DNA of 64,000 nt from Clostridia bacterium (GTDB lineage: Bacteria; Bacillota; Clostridia; Oscillospirales; Acutalibacteraceae). Each line of letters starts with the position of its first letter. Position 1 is the stretch's first letter. The notes beneath the pieces were generated by a model, which worked only from the letters and a program-made list of their open reading frames with translations, was not told where the DNA came from and made no database searches. Positions 53,757 to 63,372 of this stretch are shown here, in pieces. The translations under genes and the position numbers were made by a program. Where the stretch lies: positions 951 through 64,950 of the forward strand of contig JAFYLF010000045.1 in the NCBI GenBank assembly GCA_017537195.1. The letters run 5' to 3'.

Positions 53757-56295
53757 ATATAAAATCAGCGAACTTGCTAAAGATTTTTCTATGAGTTCGA
53801 AAGAGGTAATAGCTATTGTTACCGAACTTACAGGAACTGAAAAGAAATCAAGCACCGCACTTAATGAAGCGGAAATTGGTTTGTTTTTTAATAAAATAAC
53901 TAAGGATAACGAAGTTAAGGACTTTAAGACGTATTTTGCAACCGGTGCGGAAGCACGTGAAAAAGCCAAGAAAGCCCGTGAAGAAGAAAAGAATAAGAAG
54001 CTTTTAGAGCAAATGGCTATTTTAGAGCAGTTAAAGGCTGCCGCAGCTGCACAAAACGGCGAAAAGAAGGAAGAGCCTAAAAAAGAAGAGCCAAAAACCG
54101 AACCCAAAGCCGAAACTAAAAAAATCGGCAAAATTGCTTCTGCACCTAAGGCTGTTGAGCCTAAAAAAGCAGAGGTTAAAAAAGAAGAACCTAAAAAGGT
54201 TGAATCTAAAAAGGCTGAACCTAAAAAGGAAGAACCCAAAAAGGAACACAAGCCTTCTGATCCTCAACCCTTTGTATCTAAAAAGAAGGATAAAGTCGCA
54301 GGAGAGGCTCCAAAGAGAGGCCCTGCGGAAATCCGTCATATTGATACCCGTACTTCTAATATCAATATTGATAAATATAATGAAAAATATGAGAATATCG
54401 CTCCTGCAAACTCGATGAGAGATAACTTCTCCCGTAAGCAGAAGATTAAGCAAAAATCTCAGGATTACCGCCGTCCGCAAGGCGCAAAGAGAGAGACAGA
54501 AGCTGACAAGATGCGCAGACTTCAGCTTGAGCGTATCAAAAAGACACCTATTACTGTTACAGTCGGCGATGAAATCACAGTCGGCGAATTAGCAGCAGCT
54601 ATGAAGAAGACCGCCGCAGAGGTTATTAAAGAACTTATGAAGCTTGGTATGATGGCAGCTGTAAATCAGGTTATTGACTATGATACTGCTGAAATCGTTG
54701 TAACCGAAATGGGCGCTAAAATAGAACGTGCGGTTGTTGTTACAATCGAAGAACAGATTATGGACGATACCGAAGATAATGCTGAAAACTTGAAGCCGAG
54801 AAGTCCTGTTGTTGTTGTAATGGGTCACGTTGACCACGGTAAGACATCACTTCTTGACGCTATCCGTAATACTGCTGTTACTGATACTGAAGCGGGCGGT
54901 ATTACTCAGCATATCGGTGCTTACAGAGTAAACTGCAACGGAAATGATATTACATTCCTTGACACACCAGGTCACGCAGCGTTCACTTCGATGCGTCAGC
55001 GTGGTGCTATGGCTACTGATATTGCGGTATTGGTTGTTGCGGCTGATGACGGTATAATGCCACAAACTATTGAGGCTATTAACCACGCCAAAGCTGCCGA
55101 GGTTCAGGTTATAGTGGCTATCAATAAAATGGATAAGCCCGAAGCTAACCCCGACCGTATTTTACAACAGCTCACCGAACATGAGCTTGTTCCTGAAGAA
55201 TGGGGCGGCGATGTTATCTGTGTTCCCGTATCTGCTAAAACCCATATGGGTATTGATAATTTGCTTGAAAATATTTTGCTTGTTGCTGAAATGCAAGAGC
55301 TCAAAGCCAACCCAGACAGACGTGCTAAAGGTATCGTTATCGAAGCCCGTCTTGACAAGGGACGTGGTCCTGTGGCATCCTTGCTTGTTCAAAACGGCAC
55401 ACTCAAAACAGGCGATATAATTGTTGCGGGCACTTCGGTAGGTCGTGTCCGTGTTATGACAAACGAAAACGGCAAGGTTTTAAAGACTGCTGGTCCTTCT
55501 GTACCTGTTGAAATTACAGGTCTTGCTGAAACTCCCAATGCGGGTGACATTTTCGACGCTGTATCGGACGAAAGACTTGCCCGTCAGCTTGTTGAACAGA
55601 GAAAGCAAAAGGCTAAAGATGACCTTAATAACGCTAAGCAAAAGGTTACACTTGATAATCTCTTTGAAAACCTGTCAGTTGGTGACCTTAAAGAGCTTAA
55701 TATTATCGTTAAAGCCGATGTTCAAGGCTCGGTTGAAGCGGTTAAAGAGAGTTTGCAAAAGCTTTCTAACGAAGAAGTTAGAGTCAGCGTTATCCATGGC
55801 GGTGTTGGTGCTGTTAATGAGTCTGACGTGATGCTCGCACAGGCTTCTGGCGCTATTATCGTTGGTTTTAATATCCGTCCTGATGCGGTTGCCAAAGCAA
55901 TGGCTGAACGTGAAGGAATAGATATGCGTATGTACCGCATAATTTATGACTGTATAGAAGAAATTGAAGCCGCTATGAAGGGTATGTTGGCTCCCAAATA
56001 CCGTGAAAATCAACTCGGTACTGTTGAGGTTCGCAGCGTTTATAAGATTTCTTCGGTTGGTACAGTTGCGGGTTGTTATGTTACAAACGGTAAGGTTACC
56101 CGTGCTTGTCAGATCCGTGTTGTTCGTGACGGCTTCGTAATTTGCGAAGATAAGATTGACTCACTTCGTCGTTTTAAAGATGATGTTAAGGAAGTGGCAC
56201 AGGGTTACGAATGCGGTATCAGTCTTGAAAAATTTGCCGATATTAAGGAGGGCGACGTTTTCGAAGCCTTTATTATGGAGGAATATAGAGACTAA
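53746..56295 (+). CDS. infB: translation initiation factor IF-2
   Basis: GTPase motifs ([25 protein letters not shown]). Lys/Glu/Pro-rich N-terminal region. The second ATG (53746) is 8 nt after AGGAGG. The ATG at 53740 is also possible. Confidence 0.95.
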   Translation: MTNKYKISELAKDFSMSSKEVIAIVTELTGTEKKSSTALNEAEIGLFFNKITKDNEVKDFKTYFATGAEAREKAKKAREEEKNKKLLEQMAILEQLKAAAAAQNGEKKEEPKKEEPKTEPKAETKKIGKIASAPKAVEPKKAEVKKEEPKKVESKKAEPKKEEPKKEHKPSDPQPFVSKKKDKVAGEAPKRGPAEIRHIDTRTSNINIDKYNEKYENIAPANSMRDNFSRKQKIKQKSQDYRRPQGAKRETEADKMRRLQLERIKKTPITVTVGDEITVGELAAAMKKTAAEVIKELMKLGMMAAVNQVIDYDTAEIVVTEMGAKIERAVVVTIEEQIMDDTEDNAENLKPRSPVVVVMGHVDHGKTSLLDAIRNTAVTDTEAGGITQHIGAYRVNCNGNDITFLDTPGHAAFTSMRQRGAMATDIAVLVVAADDGIMPQTIEAINHAKAAEVQVIVAINKMDKPEANPDRILQQLTEHELVPEEWGGDVICVPVSAKTHMGIDNLLENILLVAEMQELKANPDRRAKGIVIEARLDKGRGPVASLLVQNGTLKTGDIIVAGTSVGRVRVMTNENGKVLKTAGPSVPVEITGLAETPNAGDIFDAVSDERLARQLVEQRKQKAKDDLNNAKQKVTLDNLFENLSVGDLKELNIIVKADVQGSVEAVKESLQKLSNEEVRVSVIHGGVGAVNESDVMLAQASGAIIVGFNIRPDAVAKAMAEREGIDMRMYRIIYDCIEEIEAAMKGMLAPKYRENQLGTVEVRSVYKISSVGTVAGCYVTNGKVTRACQIRVVRDGFVICEDKIDSLRRFKDDVKEVAQGYECGISLEKFADIKEGDVFEAFIMEEYRD

Positions 56296-56660
56296 TGGCT
56301 GGATTCAGAATAAACCGTATAACCTCTGATATAAAGATTGCTTTATCAGAGCTTTTGCGTGAAGTAAAGGACCCTCGCGTAAGCCGTCTTTTAAGCATAG
56401 TAAAGGTTGATGTTTCAGGCGACCTTTCTTATGCAACGGTATATATCAGTGCTATTGAGGGGTATGAATCGACAGTAAATTCGGTCAAAGCCTTAAAGAA
56501 CGCTTCAGGCTTTTTGCGCCGAGAACTCGGCGGACGCCTTAAACTCCGTAAAGTGCCCGAACTTCGCTTTGTGGCTGACGATTCAATAGAGCACAGCGCA
56601 AATATATCAAGAATTATTGATTCTTTTAATGAGGAAAATGATAATGAAAAAGAAGGATAA
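56295..56660 (+). CDS. rbfA: ribosome-binding factor A
   Basis: 121 aa. LREVKDPRVSRLLSIVKVDVSGDLSYATVY signature. The ATG overlaps the infB stop. Confidence 0.9.
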   Translation: MAGFRINRITSDIKIALSELLREVKDPRVSRLLSIVKVDVSGDLSYATVYISAIEGYESTVNSVKALKNASGFLRRELGGRLKLRKVPELRFVADDSIEHSANISRIIDSFNEENDNEKEG

Positions 56661-57648
56661 TACCGGTTGCCAAAAGCTTACTTTAAAGCAGTGCGCCAAG
56701 TATTTAAAGCGCCACGATAATTATATTATCTTAACCCATGCATCGCCTGATGGCGACACACTGGGCTCGGCTTATGCGCTTTATTACGGGCTTAATGAAA
56801 TCGGTAAAAGGGCTTGTGTTATCTGCCCTGATGTAATTCCGCAAAAATATGATTATTTTGCCCGTATTACTGACCATGTGACTCGTGAAAATGCAACTGT
56901 AATTGCGGTTGATGTTGCGGATAAAAGATTACTTGGCGATTTGAAAGAGGAATTTGGCGATATAGTTGATCTTAACATTGACCATCATATTTCAAATACC
57001 CAATTTGCTAAAAATCTTTATTTGGATGCCGATGCCGCTGCTACTGCTGAAATCATTTTCGAATTATTAACTCTTATGAGGGTCAATATTAACGATATCA
57101 CAGCAAAGGCACTTTATACAGGTATTGCAACCGATACAGGAAGCTTTAAGTATTCCACTGTTACAGCAAAAACCCATATTATTGCCGCAATGCTTTATGA
57201 TTACAATATAAATGCAAGTGAAATTAACCGTCTTATGTTTGATACAAAGTCCAAAAAGCTTATCGACCTTGAAAGACAGGTTTTAGAAACTGCTGAATTT
57301 CATTTTGAAGATAAGTGTATGCTCTTGTGTGTAACTGCCGAAATGCAGGAAAAAACAGGTTGCAGCGGTACTGAGCTTGAGGGCATAGCGGTAATTTCAC
57401 GCAGTGTTGACGGTGTTAAAGTCGGTGTTACTATGAAGCAAACCGATGATAATGAGTTCAAGGTTTCTGTCCGTACTTATGAGCCTTTTGATGCAAGTGA
57501 GATTTGTAAAAAATTAGGCGGCGGCGGTCACAGAGGCGCTGCAGGTGCTTCAGTTAAAGGAAACCTTAAAGAAGTCAAGCAAAAGGTACTCTTGGCAGTT
57601 AGTGAATGTTTGGAGGAGCAAAATGCAGGGATTTCTACTGCTTTGTAA
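56644..57648 (+). CDS. nrnA: DHH/DHHA1 phosphoesterase (NrnA-type oligoribonuclease/pAp phosphatase)
   Basis: THASPDGDTLGS, DHH (NIDHHISN) and GGGGHRGAAGA motifs. The ATG at 56644 is 7 nt after GAGGA. Confidence 0.85.
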   Translation: MKKKDNTGCQKLTLKQCAKYLKRHDNYIILTHASPDGDTLGSAYALYYGLNEIGKRACVICPDVIPQKYDYFARITDHVTRENATVIAVDVADKRLLGDLKEEFGDIVDLNIDHHISNTQFAKNLYLDADAAATAEIIFELLTLMRVNINDITAKALYTGIATDTGSFKYSTVTAKTHIIAAMLYDYNINASEINRLMFDTKSKKLIDLERQVLETAEFHFEDKCMLLCVTAEMQEKTGCSGTELEGIAVISRSVDGVKVGVTMKQTDDNEFKVSVRTYEPFDASEICKKLGGGGHRGAAGASVKGNLKEVKQKVLLAVSECLEEQNAGISTAL

Positions 57649-58522
57649 ACCGTCGGGGATTACTTCCTTTTCGGCGGTTTCAGCCGTAAAGCGAATGGCT
57701 CATGAAAAACGAGTGGGGCATACAGGTACACTTGACCCAATGGCGACAGGTGTTTTGCCGATATTTTTAGGTAGAGCGACAGCCCTATCATCACTTATGC
57801 TTGACGGAGAAAAGCGTTATAAGGCTACCATAAAGCTCGGCGTTACAACCGATACCGAAGATATAACGGGAACAGTTTTATCTAAAAAAGAAGTAACCGT
57901 TACAAATGAAGAACTGCTAAAAGCACTCGAAAATTTTAAAGGTAAAATTCTTCAAACACCGCCAATGTATAGCGCACTCAAAAAAGACGGTGTTCGTCTT
58001 TATGATTTGGCACGGCAAGGGAAAACCGTGGAAATACCGAAGCGTGAAATCGAAATTTTCAGCATAGATTTGTTGTCGCCTTTGGATGAGGAAAACTGTT
58101 TTACTATTGATGTTAAGGTTTCAAAAGGTACATATATACGTTCCCTTGCTCGTGATATCGGTGAATTTTTGGGTTGCGGAGCTACTTTATCGGCGCTCGA
58201 GCGCACAAGCGCTTGCGGGTTTGATATTTGTCAATGTGTGGCTCTTAAAGAGCTTACTAATGAAAATATTGCTGATTATATCGTGAGCGAGGAGACAGCG
58301 GTTACCCATTTGAGAGCGGTAAATATCACCGAAAAACAGGCGGTGCGTTTCTGCAATGGCGGTCAGCTGGATTTTTCAAGACTTCACATTGAAAATATAA
58401 CTGAAAATGAGCTTATAAGAGTGAAATTTGGCAATTTGTTTTTGGGTATCGGTGTGGCTGATATTCCAAATAACAGGCTTAATATTAAATGTATAATAAA
58501 CGATTATAATGATTGTAGTTAG
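57623..58522 (+). CDS. truB: tRNA pseudouridine(55) synthase
   Basis: ATG at 57623 lies 6 nt after GGAGG. KPSGITSF ... GHTGTLDPMATGVLPI catalytic Asp motif. The ORF-track extension to 57545 overlaps nrnA. Confidence 0.9.
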   Translation: MQGFLLLCKPSGITSFSAVSAVKRMAHEKRVGHTGTLDPMATGVLPIFLGRATALSSLMLDGEKRYKATIKLGVTTDTEDITGTVLSKKEVTVTNEELLKALENFKGKILQTPPMYSALKKDGVRLYDLARQGKTVEIPKREIEIFSIDLLSPLDEENCFTIDVKVSKGTYIRSLARDIGEFLGCGATLSALERTSACGFDICQCVALKELTNENIADYIVSEETAVTHLRAVNITEKQAVRFCNGGQLDFSRLHIENITENELIRVKFGNLFLGIGVADIPNNRLNIKCIINDYNDCS

Positions 58523-58690
58523 TCGAAACGCTCAAAAGCGTTTCGATAAGCCACTTTCAAAGTGGCTTCAGCAAAATTAAATTATATTATTTAATTTTGC
58601 ACAACACTCATTTCAATTGAAAAGGACAAATTTTTAGAAAAAATTTGTCGCAATATCAAAGATTTTGCGGCGAAACAAAATTGTTTCGCC
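58523..58690. other. array of 6-7 consecutive unrelated perfect hairpins in the truB-ribF spacer
   Basis: Hairpins at 58523-58546, 58548-58568, 58571-58600, 58611-58622 (palindrome), 58625-58649, 58650-58668 (imperfect) and 58669-58690. Stems are 8-12 bp with loops of 3-10 nt. The stems share no sequence with each other. Confidence 0.8.
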
Positions 58691-58720
58691 TAACCTATTC
58701 AATTACAAGGCGGTGGCGAA

Positions 58721-59551
58721 ATGAAAACTGCAATAGCGCTTGGCACATTTGACGGGGTTCATATTGCGCACCGTGTTGTTTTAAGTTTGCCCAGTGGCTA
58801 TAAAAAAGTGGCGGTTACCTTTGCGGCACCGCCTAAAATGGAATTTGAAAACAATTTCGAACTTTTAATGCCTTTTTCAAAAAGAAAAGAAATTCTAAAG
58901 AATTTAGGTTTCGAGGAAATTGAAATTCTTGAATTTTGTGAGGTAAAAAATACAGAGCCCATAAAGTTTTTAGAATTTTTATTTGAGAAATTTAAACCAT
59001 CGGTTATTTCCTGCGGGTTTAATTACCGTTTTGGGAAAAACGGTAAAGGGGATACTGAACTTTTAAAGAGCTTTTGCGAACAAAAGGGAATAGAGTGCCG
59101 TGTTTGCGAAGCGGTTAAAAAAGATGGACAAATTGTTTCGTCAACCGCAATTCGAACTCTTTTAAAAAAAGGTGAAATTCAAAAGGCGAATGAATTGTTA
59201 GAAAGTGAATTTTCATTTACTGCTAAGGTTCAAAGAGGAAATAGCCGAGGAAGAACGATTGGTTTTCCAACAATCAATCAGCGTTATCCCGAAGATTTGG
59301 TTAAAATTAAATTTGGTGTTTATAAAACAAAGGTTTTGTTTGATGGAAATGTTTATAACGGCATTACCAACATCGGTATCCGCCCGACATTCGAGAGCGA
59401 GTATATCATAAGCGAAACCTTTATTAAAGATTTTTCGGGGGATTTGTACGGAAGGGAAGTTGAGATTATTCCCCAAAAATTTTTACGCCAAGAAATAAAA
59501 TTTGCCTCTTTAGAAGAACTAAAGAAGCAAATAGAAAAAGATATAAACTAA
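58721..59551 (+). CDS. ribF: bifunctional riboflavin kinase / FMN adenylyltransferase
   Basis: GTFDGVHIAH N-terminal nucleotidyltransferase motif. C-terminal GRTIGFPTIN ... GITNIGIRPTF riboflavin kinase motifs. 276 aa. Confidence 0.85.
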   Translation: MKTAIALGTFDGVHIAHRVVLSLPSGYKKVAVTFAAPPKMEFENNFELLMPFSKRKEILKNLGFEEIEILEFCEVKNTEPIKFLEFLFEKFKPSVISCGFNYRFGKNGKGDTELLKSFCEQKGIECRVCEAVKKDGQIVSSTAIRTLLKKGEIQKANELLESEFSFTAKVQRGNSRGRTIGFPTINQRYPEDLVKIKFGVYKTKVLFDGNVYNGITNIGIRPTFESEYIISETFIKDFSGDLYGREVEIIPQKFLRQEIKFASLEELKKQIEKDIN

Positions 59552-60576
59552 ATAAAGTAAAAATTTGTATCCCAGGCGGGTAGATATTTGAAATGGCGCA
59601 TATAAATTTTGTAGTCATTTCGAATGTCAAGCACCGTTTGGGGTATTTTTATAAAGTCATCTGTTCGGTGATAAGCCGAAATGAGCATTTTCGGTTTATT
59701 TTTTATGATGGTTTCTTTTGCGCCCAAAATAGCGCCGACTTCCTCACCCTCAACATCCATCTTAATGAATGAGGTATCGGTTTTGAGTGAATCAACAGTA
59801 ATGCTTTTAAGCATATCGCCGTCTTGTGACAAGCTTGAGTTTCGCCCACCCTTTGAGCCAAAAGGCAACATACCGCATTTGTCTGAAACACAAGCATTTA
59901 TAAGTGTGATATTACTTATGTCTTCCGTGTTTGTTTGAAGTTTTTTGAATGTTTTTTTGTCGGGCTCCACCGCAGTGATTTGTCGGTAATCGGGACAATG
60001 GCCTATAAAACCGGCTACAGTGTCGCCGTTATATGCGCCAAGGTCAATAAAGTTTTCGTTTTGAAGTTTCAAGAAAGAATTATAAGGCTCATCGGGTGAA
60101 ACTTCGCAATCGAGTAGATAATCTATTTTACCGCTTAATTTATATTTTAGTATATTATCAAAAGTTTTTACCGAAATTTCGTCGGCGAGTTTTGAACGAA
60201 CGAAATCAAAATTTTGCTTTTGCACGTCATAATATTTTTTTGTGAAAAGACCGCCGCCTATAACGGGGACTTCGGGAGCGTATAATTCTTGCTCGCTTGC
60301 GATTTTTTTGATATTTTCAATAACTTCTGGAAGACTGCTTCCGAAGCATAGAAGCACAATCATATCGCCAAATTTTTCTTTAAGTTCACTATAAGAGCAA
60401 ATTTTATGCCCATGGAAGAGTTTGTTTCTCACAAAACCGTCACTTGCAAAAACACCCTGAAATTCAATGCCGAAAAAATTGAGGGTGTTTATTATTTTAT
60501 CAGCGCCGTTGCCCATGCCGTACAACACGATGGGCTTTTGTGCGGTTTTTAAATAACTCCAAAGTTCTTTTTCCAT
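59548..60576 (-). CDS. FkbM family methyltransferase
   Basis: 342 aa. C-terminal half has IDLGAYNGDTV ... FIKMDVEGEE, typical of FkbM-type SAM methyltransferases. Stop codons of ribF and this gene overlap. Confidence 0.65.
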   Translation of the reverse strand: MEKELWSYLKTAQKPIVLYGMGNGADKIINTLNFFGIEFQGVFASDGFVRNKLFHGHKICSYSELKEKFGDMIVLLCFGSSLPEVIENIKKIASEQELYAPEVPVIGGGLFTKKYYDVQKQNFDFVRSKLADEISVKTFDNILKYKLSGKIDYLLDCEVSPDEPYNSFLKLQNENFIDLGAYNGDTVAGFIGHCPDYRQITAVEPDKKTFKKLQTNTEDISNITLINACVSDKCGMLPFGSKGGRNSSLSQDGDMLKSITVDSLKTDTSFIKMDVEGEEVGAILGAKETIIKNKPKMLISAYHRTDDFIKIPQTVLDIRNDYKIYMRHFKYLPAWDTNFYFI

Positions 60577-60741
60577 AAGTTTGTTCCTTTTGTTTTGTTT
60601 AGATAATTATACACTTTTTTGTCGAAGAATACAAGTTGACAAAAGAAAATTTGTGTAGTATAATTTTAATGATTAATTGGATTTGTTTTTCGGAGGTGCG
60701 TTATCATAAACAAGACAAGAAAAATTGTCTCAAGATGTGTT

Positions 60742-61458
60742 TTGATAGTGTCACTTTTAATATTTATTTCGTGTATTGGATATTTTGGATTTCATTTTTA
60801 TCAAGTAAAGCAATTTGAGCGTTTCGCAAACGATGTTACGGTATCGTCCGATAAAAAGCCCGAAGCCGAGAAAGTGGATGTTCCGGTTGATTTCGATAAG
60901 CTTAAAAATGCTAATCCCGATATTTATGCATGGATAAATATTCCCGAAGTAAATGTGGATTACCCTATTTTGCAGGGCGATAGTAACGAATATTACTTAA
61001 ATCACACAGTCAACGGTAAATGGTCGGCTTACGGCAGTATCTATACCGAAGATTATAACAAAAAAGATTTTTCGGATTTCAACACCTTGATATATGGCCA
61101 TAATATGAAAAATGGTACAATGTTCGGTTCTTTGAAGAAGTACCGCGATGCCTCGTTTTTTGAAGAAAACCGCTACATCAATATTTATTTGGAAAACCGA
61201 ATTTTGAAATATGAAATTTTCGCTGCATGCACCTGGGATGATAAACATATTCTTGCAAGTCGTAATTTTGATTTAGCGGAGAACCGAACTGCTTATTTAG
61301 AAGAAATATGTTCTGTCAGGGATATGAACTCGCAAATAAAGAAAGACCTTGAGGTTACTGCTGACGATAAAATCATAACACTTTCTACTTGTATGAATGA
61401 TAAATCAAAAAGATTTTTAGTTTCGGGGGTTTTAGTTTATGACAGCCAAAACCCGTAA
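60742..61458 (+). CDS. srtB: class B sortase
   Basis: DIYAWINIPEVNVDYPILQG, YGHNM (His) and TLSTC (Cys) motifs. N-terminal TM anchor. The true start may lie upstream (in-frame ATC 60703 / ATA 60706 after GGAGGT), because no ATG/GTG/TTG exists between the stop at 60670 and 60742. Confidence 0.8.
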   Translation: MIVSLLIFISCIGYFGFHFYQVKQFERFANDVTVSSDKKPEAEKVDVPVDFDKLKNANPDIYAWINIPEVNVDYPILQGDSNEYYLNHTVNGKWSAYGSIYTEDYNKKDFSDFNTLIYGHNMKNGTMFGSLKKYRDASFFEENRYINIYLENRILKYEIFAACTWDDKHILASRNFDLAENRTAYLEEICSVRDMNSQIKKDLEVTADDKIITLSTCMNDKSKRFLVSGVLVYDSQNP

Positions 61459-62425
61459 GGCAGTTAAGGTAATAAGCATTGTATTGGCTGTTATATTGGT
61501 AATAACGGGCGGAATTTTCGGCTTTATAAAGCTTGGTGAAGTTCGTTTGCGTGAGCAATTGAGCCTTATGGATGACCAGCTTTCAAGTGAGGATGCTTAC
61601 GGTGATAGCGGAGAGATTTACCATAACGGACAAAGCTATGTTTATAATGAAAATTTGATAAATATTCTTTGTGTCGGTGTTGATAAAGATAATAAAGCCA
61701 ATAAAAATTACCGTCAGGCAGATGCGCTCTATCTTATGTCGCTTGACACTGAAACGAATAATTTAAATATTCTGGCAATTTCGCGAAACACATTGGCGGA
61801 TATCGATGTTTATGATATGAACAATGAGTTTCTTGATACTGACCGTGCGCAGATTTGTCTTTCTTTTGTTTACGGCAAGGATGATGAGCATTCGTCAATG
61901 CTGACAAGCAAGGCGGTATCAAAACTTTTGTATGACCTGCCGATAAATTCATATTATACAATTTTTATGGATGGAATACCCCAAATTATTGATAGTGTTG
62001 GCGGTGTTAAGGTGACTGTGCCTGAGGATATGACTGATTCTGAAGCGGCTTGGTCTAAGGGTAACACAGTTGTTTTAAATGGCTCTAAGGTTTTGCAATA
62101 TTTAAGATATCGCAAGGAAAGTAACGAGCCCAGAATGAACCGACACATCGGGTTTATAAAATCATTTATGTCGTCAGCAAAATCCGCTTTTGCAAATGAT
62201 TTATCGTTGCCTGTCGATTTGTATAAAAAGGTTGCGAAAAATTCAGTCACTAATATTGATGTTTCTCAGGTTGCTTATCTTGCAACTGAAATTTCAAAGG
62301 CAAATGTAAACCTTTATTCCGTTAAAGGACAGGTAGGTTTTGACGGCACGTATGAAACCTTTGAAGCAGATGAAGAAGCATTATATGAAACGGTTTTAAA
62401 TTTATTTTATATAAAAACAAACTAA
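61439..62425 (+). CDS. LCP (LytR-CpsA-Psr) family protein
   Basis: N-terminal TM anchor. INILCVGVDKDN ... RQADALYLMSLD ... NILAISRN core LCP motifs. Confidence 0.8.
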   Translation: MTAKTRKAVKVISIVLAVILVITGGIFGFIKLGEVRLREQLSLMDDQLSSEDAYGDSGEIYHNGQSYVYNENLINILCVGVDKDNKANKNYRQADALYLMSLDTETNNLNILAISRNTLADIDVYDMNNEFLDTDRAQICLSFVYGKDDEHSSMLTSKAVSKLLYDLPINSYYTIFMDGIPQIIDSVGGVKVTVPEDMTDSEAAWSKGNTVVLNGSKVLQYLRYRKESNEPRMNRHIGFIKSFMSSAKSAFANDLSLPVDLYKKVAKNSVTNIDVSQVAYLATEISKANVNLYSVKGQVGFDGTYETFEADEEALYETVLNLFYIKTN

Positions 62426-62441
62426 AAGGAGAATAAATATT

Positions 62442-63023
62442 ATGAAAAAGGTTCTTGCATTTTTGTTAATTGCGGTTTTGGTTATTTCTGCGAGTGTATG
62501 TGTTGCTTTTGCCGCTCCCTCGGCTGAAGCGCAGGGTGTGGTTTCGGCTGTTTCTGCAATAGACACCAATGAACAGGCTGCTGTTTTCAGGCTAAGAAAA
62601 ATCGATGGAAAGGTTAACAGCGATTTTTACAATGCTTTAAAAGGTCTTAAAGATGAAACTAAAAATAACACATTGAAGATTGTAGGACATTACACAGTAG
62701 AAGTTGAGGGCGAACCCAGGTATCCGTTAAGCGTAACATTGGATGTTTTAGGTATTTCAGCTTCTTCGGAAGTTTATGTGTTGCTTCAAAATGGTAAGGA
62801 AGTTGTGTCAATAACTCCTACTGTAAAGGACGGTAAGATTACTTTCAAACTTGAAGAAGCAGTTGAAAAGATTGCCATTGTTGTTGACGGTAAGACAGCA
62901 ACTGCAGTTGAAAAGGAAAATAATGTTTTGTCACCCCAGACTAACGACAATATGATTTATGTAGTTATGGTGCTTGTAGCATCAGTTGCATTGTTTTTCG
63001 TTTCAAAAAAGGTTAAGGCATAA
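62442..63023 (+). CDS. cell-wall-sorted surface protein with SPQTN sorting signal
   Basis: Signal peptide (MKKVLAFLLIAVLVISASVCVAFA). C-terminal SPQTN (62931-62945), then hydrophobic IYVVMVLVASVALFFV and a KKVKA tail. Confidence 0.75.
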   Translation: MKKVLAFLLIAVLVISASVCVAFAAPSAEAQGVVSAVSAIDTNEQAAVFRLRKIDGKVNSDFYNALKGLKDETKNNTLKIVGHYTVEVEGEPRYPLSVTLDVLGISASSEVYVLLQNGKEVVSITPTVKDGKITFKLEEAVEKIAIVVDGKTATAVEKENNVLSPQTNDNMIYVVMVLVASVALFFVSKKVKA

Positions 63024-63028
63024 TATTT

Positions 63029-63058
63029 AATCCCCGAAAATTTTTCGGGGATTTTTTT
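63029..63058 (+). terminator. rho-independent terminator
   Basis: AATCCCCGAAAA TTTTTCGGGGATT palindrome followed by a T-run. Confidence 0.75.
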
Positions 63059-63124
63059 AAAAATCACTTGATTATTCTAAATGTATATGGTATAATAGCC
63101 ATTGCTGTGGAAAATACAGTGTAT

Positions 63125-63201
63125 GCGCTGATAGCTCAGTTGGATAGAGCATCTGCCTTCTAAGCAGAGGGTCGGGGGTTCGAATCCCTTTCAGCGTGCC
63201 A
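63125..63201 (+). tRNA. tRNA-Arg (anticodon TCT), CCA encoded
   Basis: GCGCTGATAGCTCAGTTGGATAGAGCATCTGCCTTCTAAGCAGAGGGTCGGGGGTTCGAATCCCTTTCAGCGTGCCA. Regular cloverleaf with a G1-U72 pair. Confidence 0.95.
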
Positions 63202-63204
63202 ATT

Positions 63205-63239
63205 AAAAGAGAGTGACATCGAAGATGTTGCTCTCTTTT
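63205..63239 (+). terminator. terminator after tRNA-Arg
   Basis: AAAAGAGAGTGACATC GAA GATGTTGCTCTCTTTT (about 16 bp including G-U pairs). Confidence 0.7.
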
Positions 63240-63372
63240 AATTTTTATATAGAGAAAGGGATTCGAACAAGGAGGGAGCGTAAGCGGAAGAAAACAACCT
63301 AAATGGTTGTTTTCGCCGACGTGGCAACGAGCGTCAGCGAGGCGATAGGCGCGGGAGCGCCGAGACAAAATT

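Noticed and set aside
53730-54251. 173-aa minus-strand ORF (FLGSSFLGS repeats), the overlapping 149-aa minus ORF, and the tandem-repeat appearance of 54040-54250
   Set aside because: These are mirror images of the Lys/Glu/Pro-rich (PKKEE-type) low-complexity linker of IF-2. The repeats are coding low complexity within infB, not a separate gene or repeat element.
58523-58690. CRISPR array or tandem repeat
   Set aside because: The palindromes are all different from one another and there is no repeat-spacer periodicity. No cas genes are present in the window.
63072-63368. 98-aa minus-strand ORF
   Set aside because: It runs antisense through tRNA-Arg (the GIRTPDP-type peptide is typical of translated tRNA genes) and through the GC-rich insert. 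It has no RBS.
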